Source: Alphaproteobacteria bacterium
GTDB lineage: Bacteria > Pseudomonadota > Alphaproteobacteria > JAAXGF01
Assembly: GCA_963555825.3 (NCBI GenBank)
Contig: CAUVXB020000002.1
Location: forward strand, 2,272,001 to 2,336,000
DNA length: 64,000 bases
Reading direction: 5' to 3'
The position numbers were made by a program, and so were the translations under genes. Shown piece after piece: positions 32,802 through 43,090 of the stretch. Position 1 is the stretch's first letter. Every line of letters starts with the position of its first letter. The notes beneath the pieces were generated by a model. It ran no database searches, was not told the origin of the DNA, and worked only from the letters and a program-made list of their open reading frames with translations.

Positions 32802-33590
32802 CTACATATCCGGGATCAGTTCCACCTGGTCTCGGGAAAGCTTGGCGAAGGCCAGGCACATCACCACATCTTCCCACCGGTCCCATGTCCCGTGATTCGC
32901 GCCGGTGGCGATCTCGATGACCGTAACTCGAGGTGGCAGAACCGGCAGGCCGCGATGCTCGCCCGAACGCGCCCAGGACCGGCGGGCGCACGGGGGACAC
33001 CGGGACGCGCCCTGGGATGGTGCGCCGCAGTCTGAACAAAGCCGCCGGGCGCGCCGCCGGGCGTAGCGCTGGCGGCTTCTTGCATTCTTCGCCTTTTTTC
33101 TTGAGCGTTTGGCCGCGCTCCTGGCGCACCGGTCGCAGCGTGCGGCATCACTGGGCGCCGGCGTACCGCACCGGCCGCACAAACCGGCGGCCCTCCGCGT
33201 GGCATATTGTTCCCGCTCCCTGTCACGCCGTGCCACGTGGCACGGTTCGCACACCGTGCCCCCTTCAATGGGTGGATGTGTGCCGCAGCGCGTGCACGTG
33301 CGAGCGTCCCGCCGTGCCCGATCGCGCCGCCTGCCCCTGTCACGCGCAAACGCGCGGCACCGTTCCGCGTCTCTGCCGCAGTATGGTATGCCAGCCGCCT
33401 TGGCCTTCGCGCATCTTGCGCGCTCGGCCTTGCGACGCTTTTCGCCACAGTGCCGGCACAAGGTCCGATCGGGCGCGGGCCTCGCCTTCCCGCACCTCGG
33501 ACACATGCCGCGGGCGGTCCGCTCAGCGGTAATGCGTTCATAACGGCGGCGCCCGCATGCGCGTTCTTTCTCGGGATCTTTGTATGGCAT
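32802..33590 (-). CDS. Arg-rich protein with four tandem CxxCG..CxxC zinc-ribbon-like repeats
   Basis: CPRCG..CRHC, CTRCG..CEPC, CGRCG..CDRC, CSDCG..CPPC; RBS GGAAGGA. Confidence 0.75.
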   Translation of the reverse strand: MPYKDPEKERACGRRRYERITAERTARGMCPRCGKARPAPDRTLCRHCGEKRRKAERARCAKAKAAGIPYCGRDAERCRAFARDRGRRRDRARRDARTCTRCGTHPPIEGGTVCEPCHVARRDREREQYATRRAAGLCGRCGTPAPSDAARCDRCARSAAKRSRKKAKNARSRQRYARRRARRLCSDCGAPSQGASRCPPCARRSWARSGEHRGLPVLPPRVTVIEIATGANHGTWDRWEDVVMCLAFAKLSRDQVELIPDM

Positions 33591-33623
33591 GTTCCTTCCT
33601 TCCGCGGTTGTAGTCCTGACGAA

Positions 33624-33657
33624 GGACGTCCGGCCGGCGAAGCCCGGCCGGACGTCC
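33624..33657. terminator. GC-rich intergenic hairpin
   Basis: GGACGTCCGGCCGG..CCGGCCGGACGTCC, 14-bp stem; no clear U-tract. Confidence 0.4.
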
Positions 33658-33671
33658 CCGGCGACCGCAGG

Positions 33672-33995
33672 TCAGCGATACTTGCCGTTCACGAACAAGC
33701 CCGTCGCGCGATCCCCCCAATATTGAACGCCGAGGGTGGTGCAGTTTACGCCCGTGCAGATGATGATCTCGTCGCGCTCGGGCCTCATCCGCTGGACGGT
33801 GCTCAGGGAGACGATCTCGCGGGAAGCCTTGCCCCGGCCCTTCTTCGATGACCCATTGCGGCGCCGGGGGCGGATCTCGCCGTCGGCTTTCGACTGGAAC
33901 CGCTCAATCACGTAACGGTCGTCATCGAGGCCCGGGCCGAACAAATGAGTGAGGAAAGTGTGCGTGCTGCGGCGAAGCGTTGTGGCCATCTGCAT
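33672..33995 (-). CDS. Hypothetical protein
   Basis: ATG with GGAGA RBS inside ORF 33672-34151; no family recognised. Confidence 0.4.
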   Translation of the reverse strand: MQMATTLRRSTHTFLTHLFGPGLDDDRYVIERFQSKADGEIRPRRRNGSSKKGRGKASREIVSLSTVQRMRPERDEIIICTGVNCTTLGVQYWGDRATGLFVNGKYR

Positions 33996-34284
33996 CGTGT
34001 CGTCTCCCGTGGGTTTGTGGTTGCGAACGGCGGGGGCGCTCTCTCGAGTGTCCATCCGCCGCCCGCCTCCCGGCCAAGCTCGAACTCTTTGCGGCGCGCA
34101 GCTCGCAAAGGAAACCGCGACGAAGAGTGTCGTCGCGGTGGGCTGCGGCACGGGTTTCGAGTGTCGGAAGGGATGGGTGTCTTGACTGGCGTGTGCGGGT
34201 GCAGGCTTGTTGCGATGCCTGCATCCATGCCATCGAAGAACAAGAGAATGTCAGATCACTTTGCGCCTATATCCTTTGTAGTAA

Positions 34285-35459
34285 TACCAGTGAGCCTATG
34301 AAATCACCTTCATGATCCATGGATAGGCGCAGAGGGTTCGCATACGATCCGGTTCTGCGATGAGGTCGATCCATGCTTGGCAACAGGCGTCGATGATGGC
34401 CTCGGTGTCGTCGAGGACGCGGAGCGATAGGAAGCGTTCGCGTAGGTAGAGCCAAACCCGCTCGACGGGGTTGAGTTCGGGACTGTAAGGCGGCAACAGC
34501 GCCAAGGTGACGTTGTCGGGGACGGTGAGGGCGCGCTCGTCGTGCCAACCGGCGCCGTCGCACATCATGACGGCGTGCGCATCCTGGTCCAGGGTATCGG
34601 CGAAGTGTGCGAGAAACAGGTCCATGACCTTGGCGTTGACGCTCGGCATCACCAGGGTGACGTCGTCGCCGGTGTCCGGGCGCACGGCGGAGAAGATGTA
34701 GGCCCACTGGTAGCCGATTTGACGCGTCCCGGGGGCACGCTCGCCCCTGCGCCACCACCGGTGACACACCCGGCCCTTGTTGCCGACGCGCGCTTCATCC
34801 TGAAACCACAGCTGTAGGCGCTTGTCGGGATGCGCCGCGGCGGTCGCCTTCAGGATGTCGCGAAGCCCCCTTTTTTGAAGCGCTCCTGCGCTTCGGCGTC
34901 CCTTCGCGGGTGGCTCGGGCGCGCCTTCTGGCGGGAAAATCCCATCCGCCGTAGAACCCGGGTCATGCTCGAGGGGTGGTAGGTCTTGGCGAAGCGCTCC
35001 TCCAGCCAGCGGCACAGATCGGCCCGGGTCCAGGCGCAAACCCCGTCGCGCTCAGGCTCCGGCCCGGCGATGATGACCGCCGCCAGCGCCGCTTCCTCGT
35101 CTGCCGTCAGCCGCCGCGGCGAGTAGCCCTTTGGACGGTCGTGAAGCCCCTCCAATCCCTTTGCATTGTAACGAACAACCGCGTCGCGAAGCGTTTGGCG
35201 ATCCATCCCCGCAAGCCGCGCGGCATCAGCCCGGGGCATCTCCTCCAAAGCATTCGCGATCCCATAGGCCCGCGCCGCCGCTCGACCGTACGATTCCACG
35301 CGAGCCCAGCGCCGAAGCTCCAAAGGCGTCAAATCATCCCGTATCTTGAGTGCTGATCCCATGACATCCCCCACATCTGGTGGGAGACCATAGAATCACA
35401 ATCCGCCATCATCCGCCATCAATGAATATCCCGAGAGTCAATTCAGGCGCTCACTGGTA
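34285..35459 (-). mobile_element. IS630 type A (copy 4)
   Basis: Same ORF translations as copy 1; flanks TAA/TAA. Confidence 0.95.
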
Positions 35460-35617
35460 TAAGCCATAAGCAGACTCACTGCGCTCGGCAAATAGGTGGC
35501 CGCATTGTGGGATGGCGCTCAACATGTTACAATACAACAAATGCGAGTGAATCGCACATCGGATTTCGGCTGTATTGTGCTGTGGGAAGAATATTCGAAG
35601 GGGAAGGAGGTCGTCCC

Positions 35618-36262
35618 ATGCGCAATCGATCCCTGTCACTCGTGTGTGCCACTAGCTTGCTATGTTTAGCGTCACTCGCCCACGCCGACGAAGGTTGGTA
35701 TGTAAGCGGCCAGGCCGGCGCCAGCATCCTCACCAGCTCGGAAATCGATGAGCCCACCGGAGTTCTCGATGCAATTGGCACGGAAATCGACTTCGATGTC
35801 GGTTATGGCCTCTCCGGCGCTGTCGGTTATCACTGGGGATTGTTCCGGGTCGAAGGCGAGATCAATTACGCCGAGAGCGACATCAACGAGTTCGAGATTG
35901 TAGGCATCGGGGTTAGCGGTAGCGGTGACGTGAACTCGCTCGGGTTCATGGCGAACGCCTTCAAGGACTTCGAGATCAGCGATGGTTGGCAGTTCTATCT
36001 CGGTGGTGGAATCGGCTACGCGATCGTATCGATCAACGACGCTAGTATTTTGGACATCCCATTGGCGGACGACGATGATTCGGTCTTTGCCTATCAACTA
36101 GGTACTGGTATCGGCTACCAGATTTCCCCAGAGACAACGTTTTCGCTCGACTATCGGTACTTTGCAACGGCTGATCCCGAGTTCAATGACGTGGATGGGT
36201 TGCCGTACGAAGCTGAATATGACAGCCACATCATTCGAATCGGCGTGAGAGTCAATTTTTAG
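35618..36262 (+). CDS. Outer-membrane beta-barrel protein (8-stranded OmpA/OmpW-like)
   Basis: RBS AGGAGG; signal peptide ending AHA; GWYVSGQAG, FRVEGE, YLGGGIG, LDYRY; terminal RVNF. Confidence 0.85.
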   Translation: MRNRSLSLVCATSLLCLASLAHADEGWYVSGQAGASILTSSEIDEPTGVLDAIGTEIDFDVGYGLSGAVGYHWGLFRVEGEINYAESDINEFEIVGIGVSGSGDVNSLGFMANAFKDFEISDGWQFYLGGGIGYAIVSINDASILDIPLADDDDSVFAYQLGTGIGYQISPETTFSLDYRYFATADPEFNDVDGLPYEAEYDSHIIRIGVRVNF

Positions 36263-36419
36263 TCGGAGCGAATTTGCATCGTCTGCCGATGGCTGTTGTT
36301 CGGACGATCGGGATTGTCCTGATTGGGACAAAAGGCGACGATGTGACAGCGCTCTCGAATATTCCGCTCTGCGCCGGAAAGCCGTTTTAGAGCACACGCC
36401 CGATGTGCCGCGCCGCCGG

Positions 36420-37375
36420 CTAGCCCCGACCGCGGTTGTCCGACGGGCCTTCGTGGCTGAACACGTCGGCGGCGACCGGCCGGGTCCGCCGGTTGGCGAT
36501 GCGTTCGCGGTGCAGTAGGTAGAGGCCGCACAGCACGAGCGCGGTCGCGCCGATCATGACGATCCCGCTCGGCACCTCGCCCCAGAACAGCCAGCCGAAC
36601 AGGCCCGCCCAGGCGATGCCGGTATATTCAAACGGCGCGACCAGTGACGGCGCGCCGACCGTGAACGCCATGGCCATGGCATAGAGCGCGGCCGCGGCGA
36701 TCACGCCGATGGCGACGAAGATCCACCATTCGCCGTCGCCCGGCACGGTCCAATGGAACGGCGCGATGGCGCCGTTCACGACGATGAAGGTGAGCAGCGT
36801 GTACAGCGTCATGGTGCCGGCGCTGTCGGTGCGGCCGATGATGCGCGACAGGATCATGGTGAGCGCGAAGAAGAAGTTGGAGACGATGAGCATCGCCCCG
36901 GCGGTGGGGTCGACGTCGCTGCCCGGCTGGAGCATGAACAGGACCGCCGCGAACCCCGCGAGCGTCGCCAGCCAGCGGCGCAGGCCGACCGGTTCGCGCA
37001 ACAGCGGGATCGAAAGGACGGTGATGAAAAGCGGGCCGGCGGAGATGATCGCGAAGGTGCTGACCAGGGGCTGGCGGGGCAGCGCCGCCGCGTGAACAGC
37101 CCGATCGCCACGCAGCCGAGCACGCCGCGCAGAAGGTTCAGCCCGAGCCGTCCGGTGCGAAGTTGCGTCGTGCCGCTGGTCGCGATCAGAAAACCGCCGA
37201 CCACCGTCGCCGCGACGATGCTGCGCAACACCATAATCTGGGCGACGCCATAGGTCTCGGCGAGGTTCTTGGCGAGTGCGTCGTGCAGCGCCCACAAGCC
37301 GACCGCGGCGAGCATCATGGCGATGGCGTAGACCGGACGGTCGGCCCCGACCGGGCGGGCGGCGGGACTGGTCAT
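36420..37375 (-). pseudogene. DMT/EamA-family transporter with a single frameshift near 37092
   Basis: Hydrophobic helices spread over two frames; PLLREPVG and APFEY..GWLFWGEVP motifs. Confidence 0.8.
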
Positions 37376-37592
37376 CCATCTCTCCAAACCAACCGAATGC
37401 GTGAATTTGCGCGCGGCCATCGTCGCTCATTTGTGCGCCGTTGTTCAAGGCGAACCTTGCGAAAATGCCGCCGGTCAATGGGTGCAGAACGACTGAAAAA
37501 CACGAAATTACCTTGAGTCGCGACTCGAAGTCGCGTATGCAAGTTATTCTGATGCGAGACTCTTTTGTGTCACCAGCCGGTCAGACCACAAC

Positions 37593-38213
37593 ATGTTGAA
37601 TATGCCGCGACGCCGTCACTACGGCGTCATTTACGCCGACCCGCCCTGGACCTTCGCGACCTACAGCGCCAAGGGCAAGGGCCGCAGCCCCGAGGCGCAT
37701 TACAATTGCATGAGCTTCGACGACATCTGCGACATCCCGGTTGCCGACTGGGCGGCGCCCGACGCGGTGCTGCTTCTATGGGTCACCGACCCGTTGCTGC
37801 CCAAGGGCCTCGAGCTGATCGAGCGTTGGGGTTTCACGTACAAGACGGTCGGCTTCTATTGGGCCAAGCGCAACCGCGTCAGCGAGGGCTGGTTCACCGG
37901 CCTTGGCTATTGGACGCGCGCCAATCCCGAGCAGTGCCTGTTGGCGACGCGTGGCCATCCGCAACGCCAAGCCAAGGACGTCCGGCGTCTGGTCGTCGCG
38001 CCCCGGCGCGAGCACAGCCGAAAGCCCGACGAGGTCTATGACCGTATCGAGCGCCTGACGCCCGGCCCCTACCTCGAGATGTTCGCGCGCAAGCGCCACG
38101 CCGGCTGGGACGCCTGGGGCAATCAGGCCGGCCTATTCGACCGCGGCCCCGTCACGACGCGCCGCTGGGCCTCCGACCTCGCGCGCGAAGAGCAGCGGGC
38201 GCCGCGGCCCTGA
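37593..38213 (+). CDS. MT-A70-family N6-adenine methyltransferase
   Basis: IYADPPW, LLLWVT, WGFTYKT..WAK, GYWTRANPEQCL, HSRKPD, YLEMFAR. Confidence 0.92.
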   Translation: MLNMPRRRHYGVIYADPPWTFATYSAKGKGRSPEAHYNCMSFDDICDIPVADWAAPDAVLLLWVTDPLLPKGLELIERWGFTYKTVGFYWAKRNRVSEGWFTGLGYWTRANPEQCLLATRGHPQRQAKDVRRLVVAPRREHSRKPDEVYDRIERLTPGPYLEMFARKRHAGWDAWGNQAGLFDRGPVTTRRWASDLAREEQRAPRP

Positions 38214-38356
38214 CGACAAGCGCGCGCGACGTAACACGCGCTATGAACATATGGCGATCGTCCTACGCCCCCAGTTGGAGTTGGTTTAGGATCCACCTCC
38301 GGTCGTGACTACGGTCTGCGTCGACGGTAGATCCTTGCGCGACGTGTTCATATTAA

Positions 38357-39998
38357 CCCGCATTCCCCAAGTGACCGATCCATCTGATGCGGTTTCCGTC
38401 TGATTCCTGTATAAGAATCAGTGGATTAGATCAGACGGAGGGTGGGTCGAATGCGGAACCTGGAGGGTGAGTCGGATCGGGGGCTTCTGCGGGCGTTTTT
38501 CGACCGAAGACTGAAGTTCGAGTTCCACGGTTCGCGGATCACGTCAGACGCTGGTCTGCTCGCCTATCGTGAACTGGACGAAGCCCTCGGCCTGACCACG
38601 CTGGCCGGTGACGTTATTGCTGACAGCCGGACCGGCAAGAACGGTTGGCACGGCATCATCGGTCTCCTTCGCCAATCCGTCTATGGTCGTCTCGCCGGGT
38701 ACGAGGACGTGAACGACGCCGACCGGCTGGGGCGCGATCCTGCGATGCGGTGGATCGTCGGCGGCAGGGCTGTCGAGCGCGGCGGCGCATCGACCAGCCA
38801 GATGGGCCGGTTCGAGACGGAGTTACTCGCCACCAATGACAACCTCGCTGCGCTCGCTGACCTTTTGGGCATCTGGATCGACCAGGTTAACGAGCGCAAG
38901 CCGCCGAAGATTATCGTGCTCGACATGGACAGCTCCGTCAGCCCGACCTACGGTGACCAGGAGGGCACGGCCTACAACGGTCACTTCGGCTGCACGTGCT
39001 ATCACCCGCTGTTCGTGTTCAACCAGTTCGGCGATCTGGAGCGTTGCGCCCTGCGTCCGGGCAACGTGCACAGCGCCCATGAATGGCGCGATGTGTTGGA
39101 CCCGGTGGTCGCTCGATACCGGGACAAGACACTCCGGCGTTATTTCCGTGGTGACGCCGCCTTCGCCTCGCCCGAGGTTTATGAGTTTCTGGAAGCGGAA
39201 GGCTTCAAGTACGCCATCCGGCTTCCGGCCAACAAGGTGCTGCACGACAGCATCGCGCACCTGCTCAAGCGCCCCGTCGGTCGGCCGCCGAAGGAAGTTC
39301 GTCGGTATTACGCGAACTTCAGCTATCGGGCCGGTAGCTGGACGGAGCCCCGCCGGGTCGTCGCCAAGGTGGAGTGGCACTCAGGGGAACTGTATCCCCG
39401 CGTCGGCTTCATCGTCACCAACCTGAGCCGTCCTGCCGAGCGGGTTGTTGCGTTCTACAATCAGCGCGGCACTGCCGAGCAATGGATCAAGGAAGGCAAG
39501 AACGCCATCAAGTGGACGCGGCTGTCATGCCGTTCGTTACGCAACAATGCCGTCCGGCTCCAGCTGCATGCACTCGCCTATAACCTCGGCAACTTCATGC
39601 GTACCCTGGCGTTGCCCGATGCCGTGGAGCAATGGTCGCTGACGACGCTGAGGGAGAAGCTGGTCAAGATCGGTGCGAAAGTTGTCAGCCATGGCCGGTA
39701 CGTCACATTTCAATTGGCCGAGGTTGCAGTCACCAGAAGCTTGTTCCAGAAAATCTTGAGCCTGATTGATGATCTACGACGAAGACCCGCTCCGGCGTAG
39801 GCCGAGGGAATCGACGGCAAGGAGATTGCGACACGAGAGGTGTGTCTGGATGGCAAGAGAAACGACCAAATGGCCTTCCACGCGCTGGCCGATTACCAAA
39901 ATCATGTCATCGGATGGCTGCAATGGGAACAGAGTTCCCTTGGAGATGGGGCCGTGGTACGATTTCCGCGAATTTGGATATCATCTGGGGAATGTCGG
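38357..39998 (+). mobile_element. IS1380-family element (copy 2; intact transposase 38442-39800)
   Basis: IRs CCCGCATTCCCCA / TGGGGAATGTCGG; 5-bp duplication ATTAA. Confidence 0.95.
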
Positions 39999-40025
39999 AT
40001 TAATGATCCCCGAGGGAGGTGACCA

Positions 40026-40529
40026 ATGAGGCTTCCGATCGCGATCGCATCCGCCATGGTTGCGATCTTCTTAACCACCGGCGCGGCCCAGGCGCAAACC
40101 GCTAGCGCCAGTCTGATGAACGCCGACGGCCAGAGCGTCGGTTTGGTCGGCCTGAAGCAGACGCCGAATGGCGTGCTGCTATCGGCCAGTTTGTGGAACC
40201 TGGCGCCCGGCGCGCACGCGTTTCACGTCCACGCCGTCGGCAAATGCGACGCACCCTTCAAGTCGGCCGGCGGGCACTTCAACCCGAAGGGCAAGAAGCA
40301 CGGCATCACCCGCAAGGGCGGCATGCATGCTGGCGACATGCCGAACGTTCACGTCCATGCTAACGGCACGCTGACAATCGAGGTTCTGAACAAGAGGCTG
40401 GCGCTCGACGACGCGCTGTTCGACGCCGACGGCGCGGCCATCGTCATGCACGCCGGCGCCGACGACTACAAGTCCGACCCGGCCGGCGCCGCGGGGCCGC
40501 GCATCGCCTGTGGGGTCATCGAACGCTGA
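40026..40529 (+). CDS. sodC: Periplasmic Cu/Zn superoxide dismutase
   Basis: Signal peptide; HAFHVH, GKC..SAGGHFNP, HAGDMPN, MHAGADD, GPRIACGVI. Confidence 0.96.
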   Translation: MRLPIAIASAMVAIFLTTGAAQAQTASASLMNADGQSVGLVGLKQTPNGVLLSASLWNLAPGAHAFHVHAVGKCDAPFKSAGGHFNPKGKKHGITRKGGMHAGDMPNVHVHANGTLTIEVLNKRLALDDALFDADGAAIVMHAGADDYKSDPAGAAGPRIACGVIER

Positions 40530-41586
40530 ACGGCTGAGACGACCAAATAACCAATGACCGGGCCCGACGACGGATCACGATTTTCGCGTGGCGTGTCGCT
40601 CGGCCTCGCGGCCGGTGGGCTGCTCGTCGCTGGTGCCTTGCTGCTGCTCTGCTTGGTATTGCGGGCAAAATTCGCGGGCTGACCGCAGAGCCGGGAGGGA
40701 CGGGTGTCAATGGCGGAGCAAAAAGGGACCACCTCGGCGGTGTAAGAAGGGACCGCTTGGCGGCTGCGGGCTTGTCCCCGTAGTCCACGGGAGGGCCCCG
40801 CGCGCGACGCGGCGTGCCCTCAACAGGCTGACGCGGCGGCGCGCGCGGGAGGGACCTGTGGGCCCACGGGGTCAAGCGTGGGCTGGGTGGTCGGTTCAGT
40901 TAGCAGTCGGGGTTTGACGCCTGCGGCTCTGGTTGAGCCTGTAGCTGTCACCGTTCATCTCGAGGATGTTGACGTGGTGGGTGAGGCGATCGAGGAGCGC
41001 GCCGGTGAGGCGCTCGGAGCCGAACACCTCGGTCCATTCGTCGAAGGGCAGATTGGTGGTGACCAGGGTCGAGCCCCGCTCGTAGCGTTGGCTGAACACC
41101 TCGAACAACAGCTCGGCGCCGGTCTTCGACAGCGGCACGAAGCCGAGTTCGTCGACGATCAGAAGCTTGTAGGTGGCGAGCTTCTTCTGGAACCTCAGCA
41201 GCTGCTTGTCATCGCGGGCCTCGATGAGTTCGTGGACCAGCGCGGCGGCGGTGATGAAGCCGACCGAGAGGCCCTTCTGGCAGGCCGCCAGGCCGAGACC
41301 GAGGGCGATGTGGGTCTTGCCGGTCCCACTGTTGCCGAGCGCGATGAGGTTCTCGCGGCGCTCGATGTACTCGCAGCGGGCCAGCTCCAGGACCAGCGCC
41401 TTGTTGAGCGAGGGGATGACCTTGAAGTCGAAGCTGTCGAGGCTCTTGACCACGGGGAAGCGCGCCGCCTTGATGCGCCGCTCGACCATGCGGCGCTCGC
41501 GGTCGATCAGCTCGAGCTCGGCGAGTCTCAACAGGTAGCGGACGTGATCGACGCCTTCCGAGGCGCACTGCCGGGCGATCTTGTCG

Positions 41587-43006
41587 TGTATCGCACCCGG
41601 TTCCTTGGACACAAGTTTGTCTCATGCGGCGGGCCTGAGTGACATCGCGGTGTGCCACGCCTGACGAGCTTGAGCGGGGCTCAGGTAGCCGTTCTTCTCC
41701 ACGATCCACTGGGCATTGTACTGTTCGACGAACCCGCGGACGGCGTTCCGCAGCTCCGCGATGTTGCGGTAGATGCGGCCATGGATGATCTGTTCCTTGA
41801 GCGTGCGATTGAACCTCTCGGCGACGCCGTTGGTCTGGGGCTGTTCGACGAAGGCGTAGGACGGCTGGATGCCCCAGAACTTGATCTGGTTGGTGAAGTG
41901 GTCCGACAGATACTGGGAGCCGTGATCCATCCGCAAGGCCAGCCCCCGCGCCGCACCGGCGGAGGTCGAGGCATACAGCCTCGCAAGCCCCATGGAGATC
42001 GGCTGAAGGGCGGCGAAGCGGTCGCCTCGCTTGCACACATGCCAGCCGACGCACTCGGCGTTCCAATGCTCGATGGCGGTGAATATCCAGCCCCAGCCGT
42101 CGTCCACCGTGAACACCCGAACGCCGTCCGTGCCCCACATGAGGTTGGGGGCATGGGTGATGATCTCACCGACATGGGGATTTCCGCCACGGCGGCGGCA
42201 GCGATGGGGCGAGAGCAGGTTGTTCTCGCGCATCACCCGGAGCCCCCGCTTGCGGGAAACACGGATGCCACGACAGACCCGAAGCCGAGCCCAGACCTTG
42301 CGGTGTCCCTCGCCCTCCCAGGGGGATGCCTCCAGGTCGGCCTCGATGGCCACCAGCAGAGCCTCGTCCGAGATCGAGGGCTTCGGTCCCCGGCGCTTTG
42401 CTGGTGGGCGCTCAGCGGTGGCCTGCTGCCGGGATTTCATGGCGTAGAACGAGGAACGGGCAAAACCCCAGGCCGCACAGACCCGCTGGAGGCCGTAGGC
42501 CAAACCCGTGCCGGGAGAGGTGGCGGCACTCATCGCCGCGACCTCCGCCGCCCCAAAGGGCCGGACGTCTCCGTCTTGGCCTCCAGCAGTTCCACCTGCA
42601 TGATCAACTCCCCGATCCGCTTCATGGCGATGTCCAGTTCCGCCTTCACCGGATCGCCCTTGCGTTCCTTGAGCGAGGCATCGATCCCGGCGATCGCCTT
42701 CTCACGCCACTGCTCGAGCCGGAAAATCTCCACGCCCAACTGCCGCGACAAAAGTTCCACCGGCTCGCCACGCAAAAGCCGCAGGGCAACCTCACGCTTG
42801 CGCGTCACCGTCCACCGCTGGCCAAGTCCCAGCGGGCCTGCCGGCGAAACCTGGCCCGGGGAAAACGTGGACGAGCCAAGCTCGCCCTCGTTTACCACAG
42901 GCCCATCAACAGCAACTTTGTTCTCAAAATTGTCGGTCATGTTCCGGTCCTCCTTGGACACTTCGATTAAGCCAATTCTGTGTCCAAGGAAATCGGGTCC
43001 GACTCA
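41587..43006 (-). mobile_element. IS3-like two-ORF element (orfA 42530-42940, orfB 41622-42533) with a 14-bp target duplication
   Basis: IRs TGTATCGCACCCGGTTCCTTGGACACA / TGAGTCGGACCCGATTTCCTTGGACACA; GGGCGATCTTGTCG on both sides; WGTDG, MDHGSQY, NGVAERFNRTLKE motifs. Confidence 0.93.
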
Positions 43007-43090
43007 GGGCGATCTTGTCGTACTCGCGCAGGAAGGTCGGCAGCTTCAGCGTCTTGAGGTGGTGGGCGAGCAGCACTTGCGGTGTGTCGG

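Noticed and set aside
29946-37375. Programmed frameshifts in ssb and the DMT gene
   Set aside because: No slippery heptamers; single-base deletions are better explained by decay or sequencing error.
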